This document shows positions 26,228-35,007 of a DNA stretch of 64,000 bases, piece after piece. The translations under genes and the position numbers were made by a program. The stretch comes from a virus, in the IMG/VR virus record IMGVR_UViG_3300027747_001183. One strand, written 5' to 3'. Below the pieces are notes generated by a model. It saw nothing but the letters and a program-made list of their open reading frames with translations, was not told the DNA's origin and ran no database searches. Each line of letters begins with the position of its first letter. Within the stretch, counting starts at the first letter, position 1.

Positions 26228-27704
26228 TATCTAAATCCATATTAAAAATCTTGTACTCAAAGTTCTCGCTATTATATATCTCGAGTCTCTCCATAAGGTG
26301 CTGGAGAGTGTAGTTAGTATGCGTTCCTATGCGCATGTCGTCTGCTATATCATACACGTTTACCGTGTCCTTCGTACCAGAGATACGGAGTCCACGGCCT
26401 ATTGACTGGAGCAGTCTTATCCTTGACTTTGACGGAGAAGCAAGTATGACGTTGTGAAGGTTGCGAATGTTAACGCCTGTAGAAAAGGTGCCAAAGCTAG
26501 CCACGATGACAGCGTCTGATTCATTCTCGACCACTCTTCTAACTTCTTCTCTGTCTTCTGCCTCGACTCCACCATGTATGAAGAACACCTTACGGTTCGG
26601 ATCTTTAATCTTGATCCTATCATATAACACTTTTCCGTGTTTGTCAACAAATTGAAACAGAAGAAGCGTATTTCCCTTGAGCGAGAGTGCTAGGTTACGA
26701 AGGAACTTATTCCTAGCATCGTTGGTGACGATGTAGTCTACTTCTTTCTGGTAGTCAAACTTCTTACTGGCCTTGCAGGCATCCTTGTCGTGCTTTAAGA
26801 TGATGACCTTCAGCTTCATATCGGCGACCGTCTTAGCGTCCATAAGCTCGCGCGTAGTCGTGACTTGATGTACTGCGCCGAACAGACCTTCGAGAGTGAT
26901 CTTGTTAGTAAGTGAGCCGTCGAGAGTGCCGGTGAATCCAAATCTGTACTTAGTATTCTCGAGCTTCTCCATGATGGTAGTCAGAGACTTTGCCTTGAAC
27001 TGGTGAGCCTCGTCGCCGATGATTACATCAAAGTCTTTGAAATACGTCTTATCAAGTTTGTATATCGACTGCCAAGTAGAGATGGTGATCGGCTTATCAG
27101 ACTGCTTAGCCACTCCGCCAAAGACGCGGTGTACCAGCTGATCGCTTCTAAAGCCATACTCAGAAAAATCAGTAGCCAGCTGGCTAACAAGAGAAGTAGT
27201 TGGAACGATAATAAGAGTGCGTGCGTCATAGTATCTCGTCACTAGGTAGATGATGAATGACTTACCAGAAGCGGTAGGTGATAGGAAGACGCTTCGGTCG
27301 TTGTTAACGGCGTGCATGAACGACTCGACCTGATAGTCTCTAGGAGTCATGGTAAGACCGAGAGACTTTAAGAACTCTGCGGTCTCTTTTATGGTGATCT
27401 TATTCTGGGGATTGAGAGATTCGTCTAGAGTGCACTCGTAGTCGCGAACCTTGCAGAAGCGCAATATCTCGTCCTTGAGTCCTACGTATGTAGCTCCGGT
27501 AAGTGCGTTTAGGAGTCGTACCTTGCCGTCCCAGTACTTGGCCTTTACGGCTGGCATGAACTTGGCACCGGGTACCTCGAACGTCAAGATATCAGAGAGC
27601 TCCTGAACGACCGACGGCTCAGCCTCGACCTTCAACCAAGTCTCGTTTATCTTTCGGAGGTGCACCTTATCCACCAACCTTAAAGCGTTCCCAGTCGATC
27701 GCAC
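26208..27704 (-). CDS. uvsW: UvsW helicase (true start probably ~27673-27676)
   Basis: PRDYQ, PTASGKS, DEAH and QSIGRGLR. Confidence 0.95.
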   Translation of the reverse strand: MRSTGNALRLVDKVHLRKINETWLKVEAEPSVVQELSDILTFEVPGAKFMPAVKAKYWDGKVRLLNALTGATYVGLKDEILRFCKVRDYECTLDESLNPQNKITIKETAEFLKSLGLTMTPRDYQVESFMHAVNNDRSVFLSPTASGKSFIIYLVTRYYDARTLIIVPTTSLVSQLATDFSEYGFRSDQLVHRVFGGVAKQSDKPITISTWQSIYKLDKTYFKDFDVIIGDEAHQFKAKSLTTIMEKLENTKYRFGFTGTLDGSLTNKITLEGLFGAVHQVTTTRELMDAKTVADMKLKVIILKHDKDACKASKKFDYQKEVDYIVTNDARNKFLRNLALSLKGNTLLLFQFVDKHGKVLYDRIKIKDPNRKVFFIHGGVEAEDREEVRRVVENESDAVIVASFGTFSTGVNIRNLHNVILASPSKSRIRLLQSIGRGLRISGTKDTVNVYDIADDMRIGTHTNYTLQHLMERLEIYNSENFEYKIFNMDLDNGKSTG

Positions 27705-28101
27705 TCTTGATTAAGAATCCTCTGTTGGTAATGGCCTTGATGATCGCTTCTAGCGTATCGACCTTCTCCTGCTGTACGGATATCTTCAAGTTGAACTTGA
27801 TGATGTCTTGGTCAGCATCTAGGTATTTACCAACGTCGGATTTGATGACTGAGAGTCTGAACGGCTCCCATCCATGAGTGCGAAGGTCTTCTTCAGGAAG
27901 GACCCCGCGGTAGTAGTCGTACTTTAGTAGGTTGAGCTGGCTGCGCTCTTCTTCCATCTTCTTGAGGATCATCTTCTCCTGAGAGAAGAATCGTAAGTAC
28001 TTGCTGTGCAGCTTCGGTACCTTGAGTGCCTCTGAGCCGAGTTCGTACGGGCTCATCTCGCAGTCTTGCGACCACATCTCGTGGATCTCTTCAAGTTTCA
28101 T
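27667..28101 (-). CDS. uvsY: Recombination mediator UvsY
   Basis: KVPKLHSKY..YYRG..RGFLIKSAIDW; synteny. Confidence 0.9.
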   Translation of the reverse strand: MKLEEIHEMWSQDCEMSPYELGSEALKVPKLHSKYLRFFSQEKMILKKMEEERSQLNLLKYDYYRGVLPEEDLRTHGWEPFRLSVIKSDVGKYLDADQDIIKFNLKISVQQEKVDTLEAIIKAITNRGFLIKSAIDWERFKVGG

Positions 28102-28123
28102 AATATAGTACTCCAAGAGTGTC

Positions 28124-28690
28124 TCAGACGATCAGAGACACTACTTTCATCAGTGTAAACTTGAATGCTACGCGCGCGGTGACGTAGTTGACGCTGTCGT
28201 CTGCAGTCGTAAAGTCGACTTCTGACAGGCTGTAGGGAAACATGTCCGTGAACTGCACTTCGGTAGTAGGTGCCATCGAGCTGTTCAATATAGTAAGGGT
28301 CCCGTCCGAGGTTACACCCTCGCCGGAACCTATTGCAGTTCTTCTTATAGAAGCGTACTGGTCGAAAGTCTCAGGGAAGCCGATCTTGGAGATCCAAGAG
28401 TACATCTCGAGGTAGTTCGTCATCAGCTCGTCTACCTTGAAAGTAAGGACGAAGTCGCCGAACGTAGGCTTATCACCCGGAAACGACACCATCTTGAAAG
28501 GAGTCGGCAGGCTAGCGTAGCCGATGTCCAGCGATGGTATGTTTGCATCGGTTGCAAAGAAGTTAAGAGTAGGAGATCTCTTGAGAGAGAACCTAAACCC
28601 GAGTGGAGACAGGAAGTTAGTGTCTTGAGGCTGACTTCCTATCAATCCAGTAGGCGTATCTGTAATAGTCGTGGTAATGTCAATAGCCAT
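28124..28690 (-). CDS. 3: Tail completion / sheath stabiliser gp3
   Basis: NFLSPLGFRF..FKVDE..DGTLTILNS..FP.SL; upstream of uvsY as in related myoviruses. Confidence 0.85.
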   Translation of the reverse strand: MAIDITTTITDTPTGLIGSQPQDTNFLSPLGFRFSLKRSPTLNFFATDANIPSLDIGYASLPTPFKMVSFPGDKPTFGDFVLTFKVDELMTNYLEMYSWISKIGFPETFDQYASIRRTAIGSGEGVTSDGTLTILNSSMAPTTEVQFTDMFPYSLSEVDFTTADDSVNYVTARVAFKFTLMKVVSLIV

Positions 28691-28709
28691 GTTGCACCCT
28701 TATAAAGCT

Positions 28710-28738
28710 ATTATATTTATAAGAGTGGAAAATGTCAA
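28710..28738 (-). promoter_or_regulatory. Overlapping sigma70 promoter and T4 late promoter
   Basis: TTGACA-N17-TATAAT with TATAAATA (28714-28721) nested inside. Confidence 0.7.
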
Positions 28739-29112
28739 CCACGACGCATCTTAGATATGTCCTCGGCATCCTGCGTATTGAACACTGGTACCATGTTGGA
28801 CTTGTGCATGGTAGCGATGCCCATGAGGTTGCCGCCGGTATAGACCTTTGGCTCGGGCCTAGGAGCCGAAGACGTAGTCATGCCGCCGCTGCGGTAGTCA
28901 GCCATGTCCGGCTGCATAGTGGCCTGATACTCGCGTCGCCAGTCTCGCTCTAAGATCTTCTTGTCAGCCTTCTTGCCGCCCGTCATCTTCTCGATGTACA
29001 GCTGGTGCTGCATCTTGGAAAGCTCGAGCTTGGACAGGGCAGCCTGAGGCTTCTTCTTAGCCTTACGCTGCTTAAGGTCGTTGAAGTAAATAGGTAGAAG
29101 GTGCATCGTCAT
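28735..29112 (-). CDS. Conserved phage hypothetical protein
   Basis: YTGGNLMGIATMHKSNMVPV motif, familiar from T4-like phages. Confidence 0.85.
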   Translation of the reverse strand: MTMHLLPIYFNDLKQRKAKKKPQAALSKLELSKMQHQLYIEKMTGGKKADKKILERDWRREYQATMQPDMADYRSGGMTTSSAPRPEPKVYTGGNLMGIATMHKSNMVPVFNTQDAEDISKMRRG

Positions 29113-29342
29113 TTGTCTCTCTCCACCTCATCAATAACCGCGGCTGCATTTGACTTCCAATACCGCATCTGCAATGCGATCTTTTCGTAGCTCATCTCCA
29201 TAGGCTCGTTATGAAACGCCAATACGAACTCGCGGTACCGCTCGAGGTCGGCGATAGTCTGCTTCATCTCCATGATGCCGCCCGGACCCTCTACGAGTCG
29301 GCGCTCACGGTCCGTAACCAGTGCTCGCTTATTCATCGTCAT
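29109..29342 (-). CDS. Hypothetical protein
   Basis: Likely start MTMNKRA. Confidence 0.6.
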   Translation of the reverse strand: MTMNKRALVTDRERRLVEGPGGIMEMKQTIADLERYREFVLAFHNEPMEMSYEKIALQMRYWKSNAAAVIDEVERDK

Positions 29343-29751
29343 AGTCGCTTTCACCCTTGGTGTCGATGACGATGTGTCCAAAGTGAAGGACACCGTCGTC
29401 TGAGTACACCTTGAACTCTTCAGGAAAGTCAAAGACGCGGCCGGAAGTAGAGCTGAGGCTTGATCCTTTATCCCAGCTCATGATGCCGATGGTGCCTGAG
29501 TCGACGTAGTACGTGCTCTCTTCGTTGTCTTCGTACGAGCCGTCGCCGTACTTAGTGTTGAGGATGCAGAACGTGTGCTCAGTGCCTTCGTAGAAGTTAT
29601 CTACTCGACCTTTCTTGCCAAAAGAAACAGAAGAGATTACATCCCACATCTCATCGTCGCGGTAGCAGAGGTCGCCGATGAGGTAGCGTCCAGCTGGAAA
29701 GCTGACAGCTGAATCTGGAGCGCTGATGGGGAGGGAAGCCGGATAAGTCAT
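29329..29751 (-). CDS. Conserved phage hypothetical protein
   Basis: GRYLIGDLCY..TKYGDG.Y..VDSGTIG..FGHIVIDT. Confidence 0.8.
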   Translation of the reverse strand: MTYPASLPISAPDSAVSFPAGRYLIGDLCYRDDEMWDVISSVSFGKKGRVDNFYEGTEHTFCILNTKYGDGSYEDNEESTYYVDSGTIGIMSWDKGSSLSSTSGRVFDFPEEFKVYSDDGVLHFGHIVIDTKGESDYDDE

Positions 29752-29755
29752 ATGA

Positions 29756-29854
29756 TCAACCTTTCATGAAGAAGAATTCGTAGACTGCGCAGACGGCCAT
29801 GCCGACCAGCGCCATCTCGATAAAGGGGGCATATGCTAGAAATACGTTTACCAT
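29756..29854 (-). CDS. 32-aa membrane peptide (not in the ORF track)
   Basis: MVNVFLAYAPFIEMALVGMAVCAVYEFFFMKG, after a GGAG RBS and an early promoter. Confidence 0.65.
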   Translation of the reverse strand: MVNVFLAYAPFIEMALVGMAVCAVYEFFFMKG

Positions 29855-29881
29855 GACATTCTCCATTGAGCTTATATTCTT

Positions 29882-29910
29882 ATATTAGTACTTTTTTCAA
29901 AAAATGTCAA
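29882..29910 (-). promoter_or_regulatory. Sigma70-type early promoter (repeat family)
   Basis: TTGACA-N17-TAATAT, nearly identical to the 6631 copy. Confidence 0.8.
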
Positions 29911-30131
29911 CCGTTAATTTCACGTTCGAGCATCTTTTTTTCAAAAGAATCCATGCCGGCGCAGTAGTCCGCATAGAGATCTGCATCTAGCCTGTCAGCG
30001 TAGTTACGCAGGTCTTCTACCACGAACAAGATATCTTCCAGAACCTCGTCCCGTGACTTCCCAAAAGTCCGGGCCCTACGGATGACGCCTTCTAGACGGT
30101 CTGCCATACTCATTGCACTCTGTACGTTCAT
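29907..30131 (-). CDS. Hypothetical protein
   Basis: 74-aa ORF with RBS and promoter. Confidence 0.75.
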   Translation of the reverse strand: MNVQSAMSMADRLEGVIRRARTFGKSRDEVLEDILFVVEDLRNYADRLDADLYADYCAGMDSFEKKMLEREING

Positions 30132-30156
30132 TTGTTTTTCCTTTCCTTATATTCTT

Positions 30157-30319
30157 AATATAGACTATTTTCCACGAAAAGTACACAGTTTTTTTCAAAA
30201 AATAAGAACTTTTTTTTGTCAATCTTTTCAATGGCTTAGAGCAAGTTTCTATAAGCCATTGAAAAGATTACGTTTTTTCTACACTTTCTGGTGTACATTC
30301 CTGCCAGACTGTGTATAAT
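30157..30319. promoter_or_regulatory. Divergent promoter pair flanking an 18-bp inverted repeat
   Basis: Minus strand TGTACT-N17-TATATT (30157-30185); plus strand TGTACA-N16-TATAAT (30292-30319); arms at 30221-30238 and 30252-30269. Confidence 0.7.
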
Positions 30320-30343
30320 ACATATATTGTCATTAAAAAGGAT

Positions 30344-30559
30344 ATGACTATGGCTAAAGTGAAGGTTACTATGATCGATCCACCGTCTGGGTGGAGATAC
30401 GGGTTTCCACGGGTACTGCCCGAAGAAGCCATGGGTAGGAATCTTGAGTGGATAGTTGAGCAGGGCTATCCGCAGTTCGAGATCGACAAGATGAAGGAAC
30501 ACTTCTACTGCCGTTACTGGGAAGCAGAGATTGAAGAATCAGACCTGCTTTTTTCTTAG
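30344..30559 (+). CDS. Hypothetical protein
   Basis: MIDPPSGWRYGFP..WIVEQGYP; start near MTMAK after AAGGA. Confidence 0.7.
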   Translation: MTMAKVKVTMIDPPSGWRYGFPRVLPEEAMGRNLEWIVEQGYPQFEIDKMKEHFYCRYWEAEIEESDLLFS

Positions 30560-31183
30560 GAAGTTAGCTTCTGAACTGACCAGATTGCGATTGGTAGGAA
30601 TCAATGGATCGTTTTCCATATGCCATCGCTTGCTTTTCTTGACCGTAAAGAAGACTTCGTGCTGTATCGCCCACTTTGCAGCCTGTACTATCTGATTCTC
30701 GTTAAAATTAAATGGGATAAAGTTCCATACTATCGCGATATCCATGCTCTTTCCCAAGAGCATGGCTTCTTTTACGGCTTCAAAGTCGGCCTTTGTAAAG
30801 TTCTTTCTATACATGCCGACGGTCTTTTCAAATCCGTCTATAGCAAAGACCACGCGGTCTCTCTTGTCAAGTATGCTATAGAGCTCTTTCCAGAACTCTA
30901 TCTTCTTTCCAGAGCCATTTGTATTAACGCTTATTGTCTTTCCGCTAGCTTTTAAGATCTTTACGATCTCTAAGAACTTTGGATGGTAGATAGGATCACC
31001 GAGACTTCCTGAAAACGTGATGTCTGTAATAGACTCAGTCTTTGCTATCTTCTCAATATGCTCTATCTTTATGTCAGCTATCTTTAGTAACTTTCCCATA
31101 CCAGTACGAATACACTTTGTGCAAGCAAGCCTACACCTGCTAGTCAGTTCTATGTGCATTCTGACTCTAGGAGTTACCAGCAA
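30539..31183 (-). CDS. Radical SAM core-only protein
   Basis: CRLACTKC, GSLGDP, TNGS and FAIDG; paralogous to 2423-3466. Confidence 0.85.
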   Translation of the reverse strand: MLVTPRVRMHIELTSRCRLACTKCIRTGMGKLLKIADIKIEHIEKIAKTESITDITFSGSLGDPIYHPKFLEIVKILKASGKTISVNTNGSGKKIEFWKELYSILDKRDRVVFAIDGFEKTVGMYRKNFTKADFEAVKEAMLLGKSMDIAIVWNFIPFNFNENQIVQAAKWAIQHEVFFTVKKSKRWHMENDPLIPTNRNLVSSEANFLRKKQV

Positions 31184-31545
31184 TCGTGAATCTCCATAAA
31201 CTCTGTAAGGTCATCGTAGTTTCTTATATTGAATATCTCTTGATTATATTCATTTACAGATTCTTTTATAGATCTCTTAGTGCAGTTTATCTTACACACC
31301 CATGGTGCGTTTTTATAGTCGCCCTTGATCTTTTCTATCCAGTCAGTGAAGATCTTCTTTTTGTGAAACTCATCAGCAGTATCTGAGTTTTCTAGACTAA
31401 ACTCTTCTGATAGAAATATGCCGAGTTCTTTTTTTTCTTGTTCATCTAGAGAGTAGATGCTGAAGTTACAGCATGGAGACCACATACCTTCTTGGGTAAT
31501 GAGCCCCAATTCATTATTGGCACATCTAGGTTCTATCTGTTTCAT
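31174..31545 (-). CDS. Stand-alone SPASM/Twitch-like Cys protein
   Basis: PRC..ITQEG..SPCC..VCKINC resembles the C-terminus of 2423-3466. Confidence 0.65.
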   Translation of the reverse strand: MKQIEPRCANNELGLITQEGMWSPCCNFSIYSLDEQEKKELGIFLSEEFSLENSDTADEFHKKKIFTDWIEKIKGDYKNAPWVCKINCTKRSIKESVNEYNQEIFNIRNYDDLTEFMEIHDCW

Positions 31546-31550
31546 GTAGG

Positions 31551-31558
31551 TATTTATA
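31551..31558 (-). promoter_or_regulatory. T4 late promoter
   Basis: TATAAATA. Confidence 0.75.
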
Positions 31559-31559
31559 C

Positions 31560-31585
31560 AAAAAAGGGGAGCCCGAAGGCTCCCC
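31560..31585 (-). terminator. Rho-independent terminator after gp23
   Basis: GGGGAGCC-TTCG-GGCTCCCC followed by a T-run (C-UUCG-G tetraloop). Confidence 0.92.
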
Positions 31586-31618
31586 AATTTCTTAGGTCCG
31601 GTTGTATCCGGCTTCTTA

Positions 31619-32989
31619 TTAGAGAAGGTTCGATACAAGAACGCGACGGTAGTAGATGTTCGTATCTTCTTCTAGTGCACCAGATGTGTCAGGAGCAGTA
31701 GCACCCTTAGCGAATGGGTTTGGTACGATGCCGTAGCGAGTCTTGAAACCAATCTTTGGCTGGAAGGAATCCTGACCAACCGCACGAACCATCTGAAGTG
31801 GAACGTATGGGCAGTAGAAGAGACCAGCGTCGAATGCGTTTGCACCTTTATAGCCGACGACTAGGTAGTTGCCAGTAGTATATGGGTCGATGTAGACGCG
31901 GAAGCGACCGTTGAGGATACCAGCGAAGGTGTTGCCAGTGTCGTCAACCTGTAGGTTGTTGCTGTTTAGAGCTGGAGCGTAGTCGAGAACGCCTGCCATC
32001 TGAAGAGCAGAAGCTACGTCAGAGGAGCAGATGATCACGTTACCCTTGCCACGACGAGTGTCCTTGGCAATCTGGTTAGCTTCACGCTCGATCTGGAACA
32101 TAAGACCCTTGAACTTTTCAACTGACCAACGACCGTTTGAGTCGGTGTCAAGGTCGAAGATGCCCTGAGTAACTGTACCAGTGTTTGCACCGCGGACTGC
32201 AGTGATGTTGATCGAACGAACTACTTCACGGTTGATTTCAGCAAGGATTTCAGACTGAAGGATGTTCGCTAGTTCAGTCTCAGCGTCTAGACCATGGATT
32301 GCCTTAAGGTCCTGTGCAAGTTCCATAGTGTATTCTGCCTTGAGGGCGCGTGACTTAGCAGTAACAGTCTGCTTGTCGATCGAGAACGCCATTTCAGCGA
32401 ATGCAACGTTTGAAGTCGAACCAAGAGCTTCAGACTGCTGAGTGTTTGCGCCGCCAGCGAAGTTGTAGAGGTTGTTGTTGGCGATCGCAGTAGTCTGTGA
32501 AGTGTTACCTGGAACAGTACCGACGTTCTTGTTGCCGATAGTGTTAGCATTCGAGATGCCAGGTGAAGAGAATGCAGTGTTAGCTTCGTTGTAAAGTGCT
32601 TCTGCAGTAGTACGAGCAGTCGAGTTAGCGTAGTTAGCACGCATTGCGAAGATGAGTCCAGTTGGACCAGTCATTGGCTGAACGCCGCAGATGTCGTATG
32701 CGATGAGGTTAGGCATTGCACGACGGACTAGGGAGATGAGGATTGGGTCGTAACCAGCAACGCCAGTACCACCTGCGCCAGCATAACCGCCAGTACCTGC
32801 AGAGTTAGTTGGTGAAGTCTCGAAGAGAGACTGTGGATTGAAAGCTGCTTGTTCCTTGATGGCGATCTCAGTGTTCTCAAGGATCTGTGCAGTGACGTTG
32901 CGACGATGCGAGTCACCGATCTTTGGGAGCTCTGAGTGCTCAAGAACTGGCTTCCACTTAGCTACTAAACTTTCATAATTGTAGTTCAT
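31619..32989 (-). CDS. 23: Major capsid protein gp23
   Basis: LVRRAMPNLIAYDICGVQPMTGPTG, SRALKAEYT and FQPKIGFKTRYG. Confidence 0.98.
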   Translation of the reverse strand: MNYNYESLVAKWKPVLEHSELPKIGDSHRRNVTAQILENTEIAIKEQAAFNPQSLFETSPTNSAGTGGYAGAGGTGVAGYDPILISLVRRAMPNLIAYDICGVQPMTGPTGLIFAMRANYANSTARTTAEALYNEANTAFSSPGISNANTIGNKNVGTVPGNTSQTTAIANNNLYNFAGGANTQQSEALGSTSNVAFAEMAFSIDKQTVTAKSRALKAEYTMELAQDLKAIHGLDAETELANILQSEILAEINREVVRSINITAVRGANTGTVTQGIFDLDTDSNGRWSVEKFKGLMFQIEREANQIAKDTRRGKGNVIICSSDVASALQMAGVLDYAPALNSNNLQVDDTGNTFAGILNGRFRVYIDPYTTGNYLVVGYKGANAFDAGLFYCPYVPLQMVRAVGQDSFQPKIGFKTRYGIVPNPFAKGATAPDTSGALEEDTNIYYRRVLVSNLL

Positions 32990-33034
32990 TTTAGTTTTCT
33001 CCTTTAAGAGTTTTGTAATTTTATTTATTAGAAA

Positions 33035-34294
33035 TTACTTCTTGACCGTATTAGACAGTGATTTTACGTATGCCTGCATGTCAGGTGCGACATATTGTGC
33101 AGCTTCTGGCTCCTCTACAGACTCGCTAAGGAGCTGATCCTGGGTCACCTTAACTTCACTCTTGCCTGCAAAATAAGTTTCTTTAATGATATTAGCCTTC
33201 TTGACAAACTCTTCTGCCGAAGAATAGTCCACAGCCTCAATCAGCTTTGTAAACTTCTCTTTCTGAGTATCAGTCATGCCTTCAGACAGCTCATCTGCAG
33301 CTTCCTTGACTTTCTTCTCAGACACTACCTTAGTAAGCTCGATGTTCTTCTCAGTAGTCTCATTGATCTGGGACTCTAGAGCTTCTACCATTGCGAGCAG
33401 CGACTCGACTACAGATACTTCGTCGTCTGGAATGTCGAGGTGGTGCTCGTTGAAGAGGTTGTATAGACCTGCAAGGAAAGACTCAGTGACTTCAGTCTTG
33501 ATGTTCTCTTCTACTGCAAGCTTGTTCTGTTCAATCCACTCAGCTACTGCGTAGTTGAGGTAGCTGTCGATGTTCTCTTCCATCTCTTCCTTGATAGAGT
33601 CAAGGGCTTCCTGAGCTTCCTCAGCTAGCTCTTCCTCGATCTTAGCTACTTCTAGTGCAACGCGTGTACCGACTGCAGCCTCAAAGATAGTTCCGATCTT
33701 GTCCTTGAACTCTTCCGAAAGGTCCTGTGAGTCGCCGAATACTAGCTCAAGGTCTTCCTTTGCGATCTGCTTCATGGCTTCTGCTGGAGCGCTAGCTGAC
33801 TGGATAGATGTCTTGTTCTTGTTAGCGTCACCGTTAGCGTATGAAGTATTGTTGTCGAACACTTCTTCTGGTGAGTGCGTCATTTCTTCTGGATTAGCTA
33901 GAGTTGCAACGAATGCTGCTAGCTCCATTGGGGCCATCATTGTAGCATACTGAACCATGGTCCTCATGAGGTCAGAGCGCGATACGTTAGTTGGGTTAGC
34001 GTCGATGGTACTGCCGTTCTGAGTCATGGCAACATCTTCCTTAACTTCTTTGAACTCAGAAGCATGCTTTACTAGAGTATGTATAGGATACTTACCAAGA
34101 GCTCCATGTGTGATTGTCTTATTTGTATTTTTATCAACCATATCAGGCCCATCGAAGTAGACTGTACGGCCTGTTTCCTTACGAATGATCTTACCAGCAT
34201 GTATCTGCTGATCGTGTTGGACCGGGGAGCGCCCGTCATCCACTACATTAGCTTCATCTAGTTCGTTCTGGACGTTTAGATTTTCGTTAGACAT
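33035..34294 (-). CDS. 22: Prohead core scaffolding protein gp22 with an N-terminal extension
   Basis: LSEEFK..IFEAAV, YLNYAVAEW and ESFLAGL; lies between gp21 and gp23. Confidence 0.9.
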   Translation of the reverse strand: MSNENLNVQNELDEANVVDDGRSPVQHDQQIHAGKIIRKETGRTVYFDGPDMVDKNTNKTITHGALGKYPIHTLVKHASEFKEVKEDVAMTQNGSTIDANPTNVSRSDLMRTMVQYATMMAPMELAAFVATLANPEEMTHSPEEVFDNNTSYANGDANKNKTSIQSASAPAEAMKQIAKEDLELVFGDSQDLSEEFKDKIGTIFEAAVGTRVALEVAKIEEELAEEAQEALDSIKEEMEENIDSYLNYAVAEWIEQNKLAVEENIKTEVTESFLAGLYNLFNEHHLDIPDDEVSVVESLLAMVEALESQINETTEKNIELTKVVSEKKVKEAADELSEGMTDTQKEKFTKLIEAVDYSSAEEFVKKANIIKETYFAGKSEVKVTQDQLLSESVEEPEAAQYVAPDMQAYVKSLSNTVKK

Positions 34295-34323
34295 ATTGAG
34301 TAACTCCTATAGTTTTTCTAAAG

Positions 34324-34331
34324 TATTTATA
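34324..34331 (-). promoter_or_regulatory. T4 late promoter
   Basis: TATAAATA upstream of gp22. Confidence 0.8.
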
Positions 34332-34335
34332 AATC

Positions 34336-34995
34336 TTAGAGATTTGAAACGAAGTGCTTGAATACTCTCAGTTTAGCCTCTTCTAGCTCAGTCTTAGTGA
34401 CCTTGCGAGCGGCTTCCTCGATATGAGCCTTCGCCTTCTCGAGTTCTTGGGCCTTGAGAACTCCATTGTCCCATACCCACTCGACTCCCTCCATGATGCC
34501 GTTTACGAATGCATTCGGTGCAGACGGGTCTGCTACGATGTCGCCGGCAGTGGCTAGGTAGAAGTCGTCCTGTACTACGTGAACGCCGTTGACTTCTTTT
34601 AGCGAGCCCATTCCACGGGTAGATACTCCGAGCTGTACTCCAGACTCGATCAAGTTTCGTGCAATCTCGCCCATTGGTGTAGGTAGGATCATTGCCTTGC
34701 CGATGAAGTTGTTACCTTCTGGAACTAGAGAAACGATCTTATGAGAGATGCGGTCTAGGTTAAGTGAAGGACCTTCTGGGTGGCCGAGCTCTCCAAGAGC
34801 GCGACCCTTGTTCACGTAGTCTTCAACGTATCTGTTGACTTCGCGAGTAACGGACTCAAGACGATACATGCGCCCGTTGCGGTTCTTTACTTCCGTCTGG
34901 ATAAACGGTCCATGGATATAGAGGTTCTTCTTTCCCTCTACACCCTCTTCGGTGATTACCTTAAGTTCTTCGTTTAGTTCTGTGATGAGTTTCAT
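34336..34995 (-). CDS. 21: Prohead protease gp21
   Basis: MKLITE, NRNGR, GELGHP, GVSTRGMGS and DIVADPS. Confidence 0.96.
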   Translation of the reverse strand: MKLITELNEELKVITEEGVEGKKNLYIHGPFIQTEVKNRNGRMYRLESVTREVNRYVEDYVNKGRALGELGHPEGPSLNLDRISHKIVSLVPEGNNFIGKAMILPTPMGEIARNLIESGVQLGVSTRGMGSLKEVNGVHVVQDDFYLATAGDIVADPSAPNAFVNGIMEGVEWVWDNGVLKAQELEKAKAHIEEAARKVTKTELEEAKLRVFKHFVSNL

Positions 34996-35007
34996 CTTAG
35001 TTGTTCC

